Under the pieces are notes generated by a model that did not search any database, was not told the origin of the DNA, and worked only from the letters and a program-made list of their open reading frames with translations. Position numbers and translations under genes: made by a program. A DNA stretch of 64,000 nt from Podarcis liolepis (lineage: Eukaryota): the NCBI GenBank assembly GCA_965112155.1, contig OZ218106.1. One strand, 5' to 3'. Below are positions 45,900 through 59,939 of the stretch, in pieces (position 1 is the stretch's first letter; every line of letters starts with the position of its first letter).

Positions 45900-47652
45900 A
45901 GCCAACCTTCAGGTTTGCAGCTATTACTGTTGAATGCCAGATTGAATTTGAATAAGATTTTTCCTAACCATGATTTGATTGTGGGTAAGAAGGCTGACCT
46001 GGTCTGTATCACCAAGACCTGAGTGGGTGAGCAAGATGGATATAAAATTGCTTGCATTTGCCAAGACCTTGACTCCACTGTTAAAGCAGATACATCTCAA
46101 GAAGTGTCTGTCCAGTCCTAGGGGTTGGATGAGTTTCTGTTAATACAGCCCTAGGACATGGTCAAGGTGCTTGGTTCAGTCTGGGTGACAACCTGTAAGA
46201 GAGGGGTTAGCCTTGGCCAGGATGGTGATTGGGTGGTCTCTGCCTGCTTAAAGGAGGCTGTGGTAAGACCAATCCTTAAGAAATTCTTATTTTATTCAGA
46301 CAATCTAAATAATTAATAACCAGTTGCCAATCTTCCCTTCTTGGGCAAGGTCTCTGAGCAATGGTTGTGGAACAGATCCAGGCTCTCTTGGATGAAACCA
46401 GCTTTCTAGATCCATTTCAGTTGGGATCCATTTCAGTTGACTTCAATATGGAAACTGAATAGTGAGCTATACTGGGAAAGAAGCAGGGTGAGTGTGTTCC
46501 TGTTAACTCTTCTCAATCTCTCAGCGGTTTTCAATACCTTTGACCATGGTATTCTTTTGAAACAGCTAAGTTGGGGTTGAGTGGCACTGCTCTACAGTGG
46601 TTCCAGTCCTACTTGGATGGTAATTTTCAGGTGGTTGTGCCTGAATAATACTGTTTGGTGCCATGGAGCATTCAGTGTGGAATTCCGCAGGGTGTAATTT
46701 TATCCCCCACACTGTTTAACATCTCCATGAAAATGCTGAGTGGGGCCATCCAGCATTTTGGACTACATTGTCTGTAATATGCTGATGACACACAGCTCTA
46801 CTTCTCCTTTACATCTGCAGGTGTGCCAGTGGATGTGCTGGAAAGTTTGCTTTGCCTCAGGAATTGACTGGATGAGAGCTAATAAACTGAAGCTTTATAC
46901 TGACAAAACTGAGGAACAGTTTGCAGGTGGTTCCCTGGACCAGAGGGGTGAGATGGGGCCAGCTTGGGATGGGCCCTCTGAAGGAGCAAATACGTAACTT
47001 GAGATACTTCTGGATCCATTAGAGTTGCTTAAGGCTCAAGTTCCCTCAGTGGCATGGAGTGCCATCAACATCTGCTAGTGGCCAGCTGTGCCTAACTTCT
47101 GTTGTCTACCCTCTGGTAACCTCTAGGATGGACTACTACAATGTATTCTACATGGGGCTGCCTTTGGAGGCAGTTTAGAAACTGCAGCTGGTTCAGAATT
47201 CAGCAAGCAGATTGATGATCAGGACAGGACACTCTGATCATATAGCAGCAATTCTGGCACAATTGCATTGGCTACCATTTAGTTTCTAGGCTCAATTCAA
47301 AATGTTGGGTTTGACATTTAAAGCCTTATGCAGCTCAGGACCCTAATTCCCCCAAGGACTACCTATCCCCAGACCCTGCAATCATCATCTGAGGCATGAA
47401 AATGAGCTTTTCCAGTGGCAGTTCCTTGCTTATGGATTGTTCTTCCCAAGGAGGAATACCTTGCATGATCTGTCTCTATTTTTAAAAGCCAAGCAAAGAC
47501 TCTTCTCTTTATCCAGACTTTTGGCCCTTGTTCTCTTATCTCTATAGATTTTATTAGTTATAGTTTTAATTAGTTATAGTTTTTATTGGTTGCATTTGTT
47601 TTAACTGGACACTTTTGTGAGGAAAGCGACTAACAAATATAAATAATAATTA
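45900..47652 (+). mobile_element. L2 LINE, decayed and internally deleted
   Basis: APE endonuclease motifs LLLLNAR (45921) and LVCITKT* (45999-46022); RT motifs GIPQG (46679-46693) and YADDTQLY (46778-46801); LHWLP-like C-terminal region; aaataaataat tail. Many stops and frameshifts. Confidence 0.9.
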
Positions 47653-48534
47653 CTATTTGCTTCCTCCTTGAGCAATGTTTTGGGGACAGATTAGACCACT
47701 CCACCTGCAAAATCCACTTGTACAGTTCACTGGCAGAATCACTATATCTCAAGAGAGCAACCCAGTGAGCTTACGAAGTAGAATTCAATTACATATATCT
47801 ATATATTTACATTTTAAATCGGTGCAATTGTAATAACTAATTTGAGTTTTAGTTAAGGACAGTTTAATATGAAGCGCCCACTTCAGGCTGGCAAACAAAT
47901 CACCAGTGGGCAACTACAGAATGCATGAATGATAATGTACAGACATGGCTTTTATTATTTATTCATAGAGAACAGTGGGTTTTGGTGTGCTGCTTTGAAA
48001 AATGTTCAAACTGGTAGAATATAATAAAAGCACTGTGAAAATTCTATTTCATTAACTTTTAATCATAAATCACTCTTTAAAATAAAACATAAAATAAAAG
48101 TCTGTCACAAGCACTTAGTTCTAGAGAAGGGAGAAGGACAGCAGAAAAGGGAAGGGAAATACTGTCATGGTACTCATTTTTCTGGTACCTGTCACAATCC
48201 TGTTAGAATGAGACAACACAAACAAAAGAGGCCACAATCTTTGTCCAGAGTCCCAGTATTGGGGGTGGGGAATAGGGCAATGTGGCTTAGAGGCAGATGA
48301 ACAAAGTGCTTTATATCATGCAGAAATATTTTACCACAGAACTGTGAAAATTTGGCTCCAGCACATCACTGTGGCTCATGCACACTGCATCCCAGATCTA
48401 TCTGGCACTGAAATAATATAAGGTCAAGACAAATCTTCAACAAAGCCTTTTCTACATGAATATTTTTCTGAAAGGCCACTAAGCTGCTTGTAAAAGGGTT
48501 GGGTATTGAAGGGCAGGTGTTGAAGATGAACACA

Positions 48535-48705
48535 CGGGGATGAACCTTAGCTTAGGAGCAATGCAGCACATCCTCTGCATGCAGAAGGATCCAGAATCAA
48601 TTACTGGAATCTTCAGATGTGGCTTGGAGACTCCTCTCTAAAATCCTGGGGTACATGTTGCGAGTCAGTGTAGAGAATCAGTATACTGAGGCTTCCTACA
48701 TTTCT
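48535..48705 (+). mobile_element. Degenerate tRNA-derived SINE (Squam2-like)
   Basis: tagcttagg...gcacatcctctgcatgcagaagg.tcc...caatt.ctggaatct.cag...gagactcct...gtcagtgtaga...gcttcctac. Confidence 0.6.
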
Positions 48706-50460
48706 CAATCCAACTGGGTAAAGTTAACTTGATACAGCAGAAGGTATATGGGGATTCACATTCAAATGCACACCTCAATTTTCATTCCTTCACTAAAGGT
48801 CACATAAAGAACTAGAGGTGATGCAACATCAGTGGACAGTGAAACTACCAATGCAATACAGAAAGAAAAGGAATGTCATCCTGCTGCCTGGCAACAGGGA
48901 CATGCCTCCCTTTCACCTCTATTCAGAGTGAGGGCAAGGGGGGGGGGTAGGGTGCTTAAATTTGCCTTTTGTGATGTAAACATGCAGCCTTAATCTAACT
49001 GGGTACTTTGTGTTTGATCATCATTTTCACTATATGATCCTTATATGGGAGCTTAATAATACGCACATTCTGAATGTGTGCTTTTAACTTCTAGCTTATT
49101 AAACTGCTGAAATATGTTCTGACTTTAGAGTCAAAAGACCTGAACATCAACATGTCATGCAACTAATATAATTGGTAACTTCATACATATATGTATAATG
49201 TGCAAGCATGTTATTAAAGTAGCCAGACTGGCTCTTAGTATACACTTATCTGTAAAGTACATGCAGTGGCCTATTTGTAGTCTTGTAACACAAGTACAGT
49301 TCAAAAATGACAGGATAAACATTTTTCCTGAAAAAATCTATGTATGAAATACATGGTATTTAAGCAGTACACAAAAAGTGGGTCCCAGGGCAAAATTTAG
49401 ATGCTTATACTTAACTGGACTTAACTGGAATAAATAAATTCAAATTCTGAAATGGTGGGAGAAGGCTGGAAAATCCTTGTGACTTGTGACCTGAAGAGGA
49501 TGTCAATGAGCCCAAACTCCAGAAATAAATGTTTACATTTTTTTAAAAAAAACACCACACTTATGGGATCCAAAATGGCGGGTGGGAGCTCTTGCTGCTG
49601 CCCAGTACCCCACTCAACAGTGGGCTCAGATGTATTGTTCCCTGCTTTTTCTTGCAATCTAGAGGCAAAGGTACTGGAGAGCATGGAAAGCCTGTATAAC
49701 CTAATATTAATCTTACTTTTTGTGTACAAAAACATGAATCTTAATATACTCCCAAAAATCCATATATACACCACTATTTAAAATAATAGCATGTATGTAT
49801 TTTTATCCTAATTTTCACCTTGGGAGGCCAACACAAATTGCTTGGGTCTTGACATATGCCCTGAGACCAATATGGATATATGCATGCACATGCAGGTTCC
49901 TGAAATGCAGTATACAAATACTCAAATAAAATATAAATAAATGCATTATATACCCTTACAAACTTAGTTTTTTACACAAGAATGTATAACACATATAAAC
50001 AAACAAACAAACATGAAAAATGATAACCAGAAATGCTTAATTTCTTTTAGCAAGCACAACTAGTTCTTGGATAATCTATTTTACTTTACCACATGCTTAG
50101 ATGCAGTGAACCACATTTGATTTGAAACAATTAGCTGTGCAGCTTCATCAAGAAGACTTTTTCTAAATCAAGTCATTTGCAGACCTTTACGATACTTCCA
50201 CAGCTCATTTACACCAAGATTACCATTTTCTTCCCCTACTTCATGCTCCCAAACACTTTTTTTAGATAGATATGTAAAAGATTCATCACAGGGAGTGAGG
50301 GACAGCTGCTCATTCTCAAGTAAAATCAATGTGGCTTCAGGGAGCATTACAGTGTCATCTCTCTGTTATTAAATGTCACTATCCAGAGGCCTTTTTCAAA
50401 GTGTCAGACTCCTCTCTTTTACAGTCCATAAGACTTTAGAAACATTATATATGTATATTA

Positions 50461-50565
<105 letters not shown>

Positions 50566-50772
50566 TTAAAAGCATGATGTTACTATGGAATTTTAACTGC
50601 TAATGAATTACCAATGAGTTTAAATGTCCAGATATATAAAACATAAATCTATATAAATCTGTACTTATGTGTGTAAACTCACTGTGGCTTACTTCTGAGT
50701 AGACAGGTACTGGATTGCACTGTATATGTTCTAATTTTGCAAGTATTATATACTGATTACACAACTAATATT

Positions 50773-50898
50773 AGTGAGGGGGAATCTGTGCCCCTTCAGA
50801 CGCAGTTCCCATCATCCCTAATCACTGGCTATGCTGGCTGAGGCTCATGGGAGTTGGAGTCCAACAGCATATGGAGTGCCTCAAGTTAGCCACCCATG
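50773..50898. mobile_element. Palindromic MITE (family A), diverged
   Basis: ttcccatcatcccta.tcactggctatgctggctgaggctcatgggagttggagtccaacagcat.tggag. Confidence 0.7.
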
Positions 50899-53800
50899 TT
50901 AAACAAAGTTCCGCAGGTTTCCATCCTATCTCCCACGTTGTTTGCATCAGGAGAGCCACATCAGGAGGCTTCCCATCCAAGGCCATACAATGAACATACA
51001 TAATCTGATGTTGTAATAAATCTAGCATCTAGGGGGCAGCAAGTCTCCTACCCCCAGATTACAGGATAAAACATAAAGTCATGCTTCTCAGCAAAATATA
51101 AAGAAAATGAAATACGATGAAAATGTCCTGAAACCTTCTTGGGTACCCCAGTTTTTAGGCTTTTCTAAAACATTGTTACTAGTTTTAACCATGGCTGGCA
51201 AAATAATTGTGACCTTACTTCTATTCCAGTTTACAAACAAAACAAAAACACCAAAAGAAAGGATAGATTTGCCCTGTTAGAGTTCTCAGATGGAAATCAA
51301 CTTTCAGGCCCTTATTTCTCTCTCAGACCAGCTGTTCAATTTCTCTCCTTTTTTGGCAAAGAGTACAAATATCACAGCTGTGGTATTCTCCAAGGAAGAT
51401 GCTGCATCTGTAACTGCCACAATTGCATTAGTGGAGTCAGATGAAACACTTCATATCAGTTGTGCCAAATTGCAATCCCTCATCCACTTCGTTAAGTCCA
51501 CTTCAGAGGCAGTCCTCGGGGTTATGCTCCTCAGAGCGTAAACATTTTTTTTAAAAAGAAAGCCAGGTTGTGTTCTTGCGTCCTCCTAATCATATTGAGG
51601 TTGTAGAATCTACACTAGAAACATGTCTAGGAATTCAAGCTAATAAAGGATACAGTGGTTAAGCTACTATCTGGAATCCACAACCTGTCTCCACATACCA
51701 TTCCAAATGTTGGCGCTTTCCTTTAAACTCTGCTGTTTTAATAATCTTGCTGGTTTTATGACTCAGTGTTTTAAATGGGTTTCTACTGGCTGTCAATTGC
51801 CCCATGTATAAATGTTTGAATAAAGGAAATTATCTGATTGCACTTTTGTCTGCTACAGAGAACTGAGAGTGAAGATATTTCACTACAGGGATGCAGAATA
51901 TGCTTTACTAAACATAAAACTACAATTCAGTAAAGGTGTAGACAGGAATGTCTACCAAATGGTACCTGCTAGTTCTGCAAAAAACATGAAAAAGGAAGTT
52001 CCTGGGATATACAGGAATGCATTGCAATAAAAGAAGATTCACCATATCCATGTTTTCCCAGGATGCTCCTGTTTGTAGTCTTCAAATGACCCTGGATCCA
52101 ACACTATGCCTATTAGCCTAGTAACGGGCAGTGCCAGGAATACATTTTCCCAACATTAAATTAGTTAGAAGGAGGTATTGCTTTTTGTCACCCCAGACCA
52201 AAGGAGAGTAATTAGGGTCTTTGCAAACTCAAAAGTAAGAATACTCCAGTGTGACCTACAGGATGCTGTCCTTGGTGACTGCTTGGAAACTAAAAACTGG
52301 AACAATGTGTGCTGCTAACAGCACCTTATACTGCTGCTCTAGTATCTCCAAATGCTTCCTATTACATTTGTGATAGGACAGCATTCATATATTTGACTTA
52401 ATCTATCCAAACTTCCAGTTCAACAAAAACCCCTGGAGATTTTCCCACTGTCCTTTCAGCAGACAGATTTCTACATTATTCTTAGTAACATATTCCTAAA
52501 ATACATCTAAGTGAAGTGGTCCAGAGGAATGCAACTCTGTTAGTTGGGTTTCAGGACAGTTGCGAATGTTCAGATGTGTCTATTTAGCTCACTCAACATG
52601 CACTCAGCCCCCCCCCCCAGCCCACTGGAGGAGCTTGGCTGACTGAACATATATTGTGAAAGGTAGCATGTCAAGTGCTTTTGAGTCTATGGTTAAATAA
52701 TCAAGTCTAAATATGAACTCACCATCCTATTTTCACCCTTGCAGAATCAGCCTTAAGTTACAACGTAACAGAAAAATGCAAACAAAAATTGTGCTGAAAC
52801 GCTGACTAAATGTACATTACAATTCATCTTTCTCTTTCCCTGTTGTCATATACTACCCTCTTACCTCACAGGTTTAGAAATCTAGCTCAGCCTTCATTCC
52901 AGGAGAGTGGAAAACCCCGCTATTCGCTTTATTAGTGTCAAAATGACTGATACAAATGAAAGAATTTCAATAAAAGTGAGTGAATGCATTAAGAAAAAGG
53001 GATAAGCCAAAGAAGTGGAAAGTTTCTCTTCATACAAAAATATTGTGCTACTAACATTACACAGGATAGTGAACTCAAATAAATGAAGTACTATATGACA
53101 GATATACAAAGCATTGTGAGCACTTAAAAAACGCCCGCACACATTCAAGACTTTATCAGCATGCTGCTGAAATGTTGCCCAATGTGCCATTCATAAATGG
53201 GGCCATTTGAGTTTAGCCCTTGAATGGGGGCAGGCTTGATTTTCAATTCTCAATAGCTCACATTAAGTACTAGGGGTCAGGTACTACAGAAGAGAGTCAA
53301 CAAAATCCACTATTAGCAACTGGAATGGGTTAATCCCATGTGGAAAGTATTTTTAAGTACAGTAGAGATGTTTTCTTTCTACCATATGAATGAATGGTAT
53401 CACTTTCTTTAGGCTGTCCACTTATTCAGAAATTTTCATACAGATATAAATATAGCTGAGTATAATTGGGAACAAAGGCTCAGTAACACTTTAACAAAGT
53501 TTAATTAGACACACAGATGACTTTTAAAATTGAAAAGGCTGGAAGATACTGTTTCTTAAGTGAGGTTACAATTACATGAGACCCCAAAAAACCCCATCAT
53601 TAAGGTAACATAAATCCTGAATATTTTTCTTGAAAGGAATTAATCAAATATTAAGTTCGGTCACAGTATTCTTTCAAATACAAAACTGTCTTACATTTAA
53701 TACCATTCATTTAAGAAAATTAATAATTTATGCAAAATGTATAATTTATTGTAAGTGCTCACTCTTCCCTTTGTGTACTTCAGAATTTCTTTAACAAGTT

Positions 53801-55191
53801 ACTTCATATTACTCATTTTACATTAACAAGTATGTGGAAGCAAAGCAGTGTGAAGTATGACGGTATTCAATTAATGGGCCTAATTTAGTCATGTTAATTA
53901 ATTTCAATAGGTCTACTCTGAGTAAAATGTAGTTAAATAACACCAATCTCCCTTTTACTCATTAACCCTCATACATAACCTCATCAACACATGCTCCTGG
54001 CACAAACAAATATCCTGCTCATGACATTCACTTTCCTTACATGGTCAAAAGCACACCACCCCCTAAGTCTAAGCACCCCTTTTCCTGCAAGGAAGGAAGG
54101 CGCTCAAGTCTTTAAGATGGCACCAAGACATATCCTGCTACCCTCACAACACCAATGAAGAGTATTGGTGGAAGGGTTTCATCCTATTCCTACCCACTAA
54201 TTTATTCTTGCAAATCTTCCCTGTAAAGCCCTAGCTGGTGCTCTGAAACAACAAAGAAGCCCAGTTGCAGGAAAATGGAACTGAGGAGGTTTGAGCAGGA
54301 GAATTAGCAGAGGCAGGAGAGGTTAAACACTCTTCCCAACAAGCAACCAATTGTCCTAATTTGGCCTTTAGATGGAGTTTGGTGGACAAGAGTGAGAGAT
54401 CAGGGGGTATCTAAGTTTCATCTAGGTGGTTCCTGGCCACCATACCTAATGTCCAGTGGGAGGATAGAGTGCTTGCATCTGCTTCTCAGGCCTGGAATCA
54501 CCTGCCTAGACATTCTCTGAAGGCTCCAATTAAACAATCTGGAGCTAACAAAAAAGGCAAGAACTTTGACAACTTGTACGAGCCACTTCAATGAGTTCAT
54601 ACTTCACAAACATGCAATTTATAATGATAATAATAACTACCAATGTATTTGCATGCTAATGATTTCTCCCATTTTAAATATTGCATAATTTCTCAAAAAA
54701 CTTCTTTTTCACATAAAACTTCACTCATCATGCTTTCCTTACACCTTTCAACCATTATGTGCAAGACAACAGAAAATATCATAAAATCATGTCTGCATGC
54801 ATCTCGAAGTTCATTTTGATAAATAGAAATAGGGGATGGATGCAATATAAGAGGCAAGACTGAAGCCACGGTTAGGGGCAGAAGGCAGGGCTAGGGGCAT
54901 ACCGTGTGATTACGAGGGGAGATAGCAAAAAGGTGTTAATATGAGGACTAGGAACAAGGTTTGAAAAAATTATTCCAATGGATTGGCATCTTACCAATGC
55001 GGACAACCTTAAGGTGGTTTGAGAATAGGAGCAAAACTGTGAGCAGGAATGACAAAACTGTTTCCTTGAGACATGGTATGGGGCTTGCTTTCCAAAGGGA
55101 ATACTGCCTCCCACCGCCAACATATGCCACTAATTACAAACAGGACTAAGTAGAACATTCTCTTGATTTAGAGGGAAGTAATGTATTCTGA

Positions 55192-55544
55192 GGGGGATGC
55201 GGGTGGCACTGTGGTATAAACCACTGAGCCTTGGGCTTGCCAATCAGAAGGTCGGCTGTTCAAATCCCCACAACAGGGTGAGCTCCCGTTGTTCGGTCCC
55301 AGCTCCTGCCAACCTAGCAGTTTGAAAGCACGTCAAAGTGGAAGATAAATAGGTACTGTTCCAGCGGGAAGGTAAACGGCATTTCCGTGCGCTGCTCTGG
55401 TTTCGCCAGAAGCAGCTGAGTCATGCTGGCCACATGACCCGGAAAAACTGTCGGCTCCCTCAGCCAGTAAAGCAAGATGAGAGCTGCAACCCCAGAGTCG
55501 TTTGCGACTGGACTTAACTGTCAGGGGTCCTTTACCTTTACCCT
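55192..55544 (+). mobile_element. Sauria SINE, full length
   Basis: Head ggggatgcgggtggcactgtgg, B-box-like gttcaaatcc, tail cctttacctttacc; TSD ta(a/g)tgtattctga at 55179-55191 and 55545-55557. Confidence 0.95.
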
Positions 55545-57451
55545 TAGTGTATTCTGAAACACACCTCCATTAGTTCAAAGACAGAGCAAGTGACCAAGTT
55601 TGACAGAAGAGAACGTCCACATTTCTTTTCTTAATTGCTGCATTTGGTCTGGGGATTTGGTGCAGTCAAAGGCTGAGGGAGCATTGGCAGTCTCATCTAA
55701 CTTTATGCTCCAATTTTGCTGTATTACCCAGCATTGTCAGTGTCAGGTGAACCAGAAAAATATATGGAGGGAGCTAAGCAATGAATAAAGAAATTTCACT
55801 TAGTTCTTCTAAGGGTAGCACTTCAGTTCACTATATGGAACCCTAAATTACAACCTTTTCTAGGATATTTAAACCCTTCTAGGTTAAACACAGGTAAACA
55901 AAAACATTTTCTATATAGTGGACCATACCTAAAATTTCCTCTCTGGAGATTTCTAAGTTATAATTCATAGCTGATTTTCTCTTTGTGTCATTTCCTTTCT
56001 CCCTTGTTACACAACTACAGCCATGCAAACCAAATGTGGAATTAGCTACTTATTTCAGTAGGGTTGAAATAATAATTAAATCTATTGTTAAATGTCCTCT
56101 GAAATCCCTCTTTCAAAGTCACATACAGAGCACCAAACAACAAAGACGGCATTTGAGAAACACAGAATAAAGTCTCTTGGTTTCATTCTAGGAATATAAT
56201 TCAACCAAACCAATGGATGGTTGAGCAAATATGCCTCCTGATTTGAAGGCCAGCAGCAGGTAAATGTGAGCAAAATTTGGTTAATAGCCCCAATGGCTTT
56301 AGCAATTTGTCATCATACAAGATAATAGTCCTGATAAACACACAAAAAAAACCCCTTGTTCACCGTTTTAGCTCTCTCTGTGTGTGTTTTATTTGTGTGT
56401 GTGTGTTTTAATATCTCCAATCAAGTTTATTGTTTATCTCAATCAAAAGAGTAGGCAAGGATTGAGAAATACATATTCATTGATTCCCTATCTTGTACTT
56501 AAAAATGGCAACCTGAAAATCACAAATATGTTTTCCTTCTTTTTTCAATTATACAGATATAAATCACACTTATCCCATTACTTCCAAAAACAAAATCCTG
56601 CCAAGTCTTACATTTCCATTATATTGTTTAAGCGTCCCCCAAAATCTGTTTGCCATCAGAGGGTGGTTGGTTTCACCTCTGCTGCCCAACCTCCAGCCAG
56701 AGGAACCTTCAGGAGGGGGTTGCTATCACAGGCATTATTTCTATGTGTATTTCATTGAGCAGAACAGAGTGAAAGAGTATGTGTGTGGGGTGTGGAGTAT
56801 GTGTGTAAGAACTTCACAGTCTTCTTTTTGCCTGCTATTTTGTTAACGTTGCTAATATTGCTTTATAAATTATAAATAATGTATTGATAATCATATGACT
56901 TTTGCTTTAATTGTGATGTCTAGTTTATTTTTTAGTAGTTGCTTTGTTAACAGTGTTATAAAGAAGGTAATTATTTCACTGATGATCTGTTAATTATTAC
57001 GTACGATCCATGCTGTATTTATGATGTTTTATTACATTCTAACATGTTACTGTTATTTACTGTTTGCAAACTGCTTTGGGATTCATTTGAATGATAAGCA
57101 GCATAGGAGTATAAGAAATCAAATCAAATCAAAATCTAGAGCAGATACTGCCTACATAGGAGAAGATAGATCTTCCAGTAAGTTACTTGCCATTTAATGC
57201 TGCTCCTTGTTTTGGTATCAATGCAACTGCTAACCTAGATGAGCACATGGTGATAACTGCTTCCATGACACATTTTTATTTATATCAACTTAGAAAGTTG
57301 TCAAGAACTAGTCATGTGTACTTTGATCACTGAAAATAGTCTGGAACATTCAAAATGGCCCCTTTTCCACATCCAATATGACACTACTTAACAGCCAATG
57401 TGATGATGATTATGATGATGACAGAAAGAAAAGCAGTATTAAGATACTCAC

Positions 57452-57487
57452 AAAAAGCAGCAGGAGCAAGGGAGTTATCACAATGCC
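57452..57487 (-). CDS. SLC10A7: SLC10A7 coding exon 6 (36 nt, GIVITPLLLLLF)
   Basis: Minus strand tttcag|GGCATTGTGATAACTCCCTTGCTCCTGCTGCTTTTT|gtgagt; phase 0/0. Confidence 0.95.
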
Positions 57488-57703
57488 CTGAAAGAAATCA
57501 AGAAGTTGATTAGTTTTTCTTCACCACACCAAATATGGAAGCATGAAGACATTAGACATCACCCTGAGAAACATTTGGGCATTTATTTACAAAGCCACTG
57601 CAATGTCACTTTTCTCGTAACATACAACCACGATTTGTGATGCTGAACTGGTATAAAACTTTAAAATACTTCTGTGCCAACAAACAGAAAAAGTTTAGCT
57701 TCA

Positions 57704-58359
57704 CTTGGAATAACAGGTTTGGAATTGCCCAAGAAAGATGTTAAATTGTTTTTGTATGCCACAACGGCTGCTCAAATTTTACTAGCCAAAAATTGGAAAA
57801 CACAAGAATTACCAACAGTGGAAGATTGGCAGATGAAGATGATGGACTTTTCGGAGCTGACCTGACGGGAAGAATCCACGACCAGAGAAAAGAGGAATAC
57901 CAAGAAGATTGGAGGAAATTTAAGGACTATTTGAATAAATATTGTAATATAAAAAACTTAGAAACTACTTGAAAGTACCAAAAAGGCCTAGGATTAAATT
58001 AGGATTCAATTAAATAAATGGGATTTAGAATAGTAAGAAAAGTGAACAAATTTGATTATAATTGGAATATTGTTGTTTAATAATGATATTGGAAAGCTGT
58101 TACATTCAAATACAAGGAAATTCAGAAGGGAGGGATTAGAGGAAGTCAATCAATATGTAAGCAAGGTTGGGTTTTAAAGTATTAAGATTATTTTTTCTTC
58201 TTTTTTATGGTGTGGTTTTGGTTGTATTTCTCTTGTAATGTGTTGTACTGGTTTTTTTCCCCTTTGGTATGTTTCTTTTCTTTTTTTCTTTTTTGTTTTC
58301 ACTTTTTGTATTTTGTTATAATTGTGGAAAATTTAATTTAAAAAATTGGAAAAAAGAAA
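57704..58359 (+). mobile_element. L1-clade LINE, 5'-truncated
   Basis: ORF2 C-terminal peptide LGITGLELPKKDVKLFLYATTAAQILLAKNWK...EDW...KF..YL, T-rich 3' UTR and A-rich tail; 18-bp TSD agaaaaagtttag(c/t)ttca at 57686-57703 and 58360-58377. Confidence 0.9.
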
Positions 58360-59194
58360 AGAAAAAGTTTAGTTTCATATGTAGATGAAGGGGTGGGAAT
58401 GATCTATGTTAACTATAATTAAAAGTATAAATCTTTCCACTTTTAAGTCTGACATCTCCCTCTCCTTTTATGTAAAATACATAAAATACAGGTCAAAAGA
58501 CCCTTCCCACCATTGCTTCCCACTGCCTTAATAATCAACACCTTCCACAGAGGGGACAGGTGGTTTACTATCCTCGTCTGAGCTGTGGCCCTCTCTCGAG
58601 TAAAGTCTGCATCAACTGTGATGAATTAGGTGTCGCGTGATTTTGTAATGTAAACTGATATCCTCTAGGAAGTGAGTGGAGATCTCAGAACTCATTTCAC
58701 TTGATTAGACTCTGTGTCTCCGTGGTGGGAAGGCAAGTCTTTCATCTAATTTAGTCACATAGGACCACTTCAGCTCTCCACATCCCCCAGGCAAAGAAAG
58801 GCAAAAGATTTGTTTTCTTCAGTGACAGCAAAGAGGTTTAAGGCTGATCACTGGGCATAATACAAGATTTTAAGTCTCATGAAGACAAAGCTTAAGACAA
58901 CGCTTTAGGATTGGGAGATAACATGACAAGCATCATTTTCACAGCAGCAAATGGTAATTCTCACTTCACCCGCTCCGTCATACTTCAATACTTATCATAA
59001 ATTAATAAAACAGCCTGCTACTTAATGCATATTAATTCAGAGATCTTATTTAGCCCTTCCATTAAAAACTAAGGTTATTCCCCCCCAAAAATATATCTAT
59101 TAGGTATAATTTTCTGCATTACAATTTTCTGCATTACAAAAGGACTAATCTGTATATATGTGTGTGCATGTGTTTAAACAAAACCCAAAGTGGT

Positions 59195-59425
59195 CCACAG
59201 TCTTTGATCTGGGTTTAAATCGCTGCTCTGCCATATTTCCCTGATTTACCTTGACATGTCATTTTCAGTTTTAAGTTCCACACTTGTAAAAGGAAATATT
59301 CATGACCTCCATTCACAAGTTTGTTGTGAAGAAGGGTGAGGCAAGGGCTCTACATAAAATGCACATGCTGTTAGCTGCTATGGACCTTTGGGACAGGGCA
59401 GGCTATGAACTGAAATAAAAATAAC
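59195..59425 (+). mobile_element. Old MIR/Ther1-like SINE remnant
   Basis: ctgggtttaaatc.ctgctctgcca...accttgacatgtca...tgtaaaagga...ttgttgtgaag, in MIR core order. Confidence 0.45.
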
Positions 59426-59727
59426 AAAAATCTGGATTCCTTACACCAGTTCAGGACACAGCCTTTTCTATTTTGGACCATATATTTATTTGTATTTCAT
59501 GCCAGAGGCACATGAGAGCCTGTAGGGACCTGGGCTCCTCAGAGAGTCTGCTGGAATGCAGACCTTCTATTTGTGGACATATAGGGAGAAATGCACAGAT
59601 TAAACAGTCTACTCAGTTGCTCTAGTTTTCTCACCAATGAATGCAAAGGGCACTTGGATAACTAAGGGCACTTGTTACTGTTAACTATAACATATATAAA
59701 TGTTTAACACAATTAATAATTGTGCAC

Positions 59728-59939
59728 CTTTATTTATTTCATAGAGAACATTTTTGTCCTACTCTTCTACTAAGTAGCTTAGTGTGGTATAAAAAGTTTC
59801 TCTTTCCCCCATCTTATCCTCACAACAAGCCAGTGAGGCTCAGAGAATGTGTCACCTCATGAGCTTCCTGGCTGAGTGGGGATTTCAACCTGAGTCTCCC
59901 AGTCCCCATTCTGACACTCAAACCATTATAACACACTGG
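59728..59939 (-). mobile_element. Older Squam3-type SINE
   Basis: ttatcctcacaacaa.ccagtgagg...gagcttcctggctgagtggggatttcaacctgagtctcc...aaccattataacacactgg, homologous to 5298-5555, with a (TTTA) tail at the left. Confidence 0.75.
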
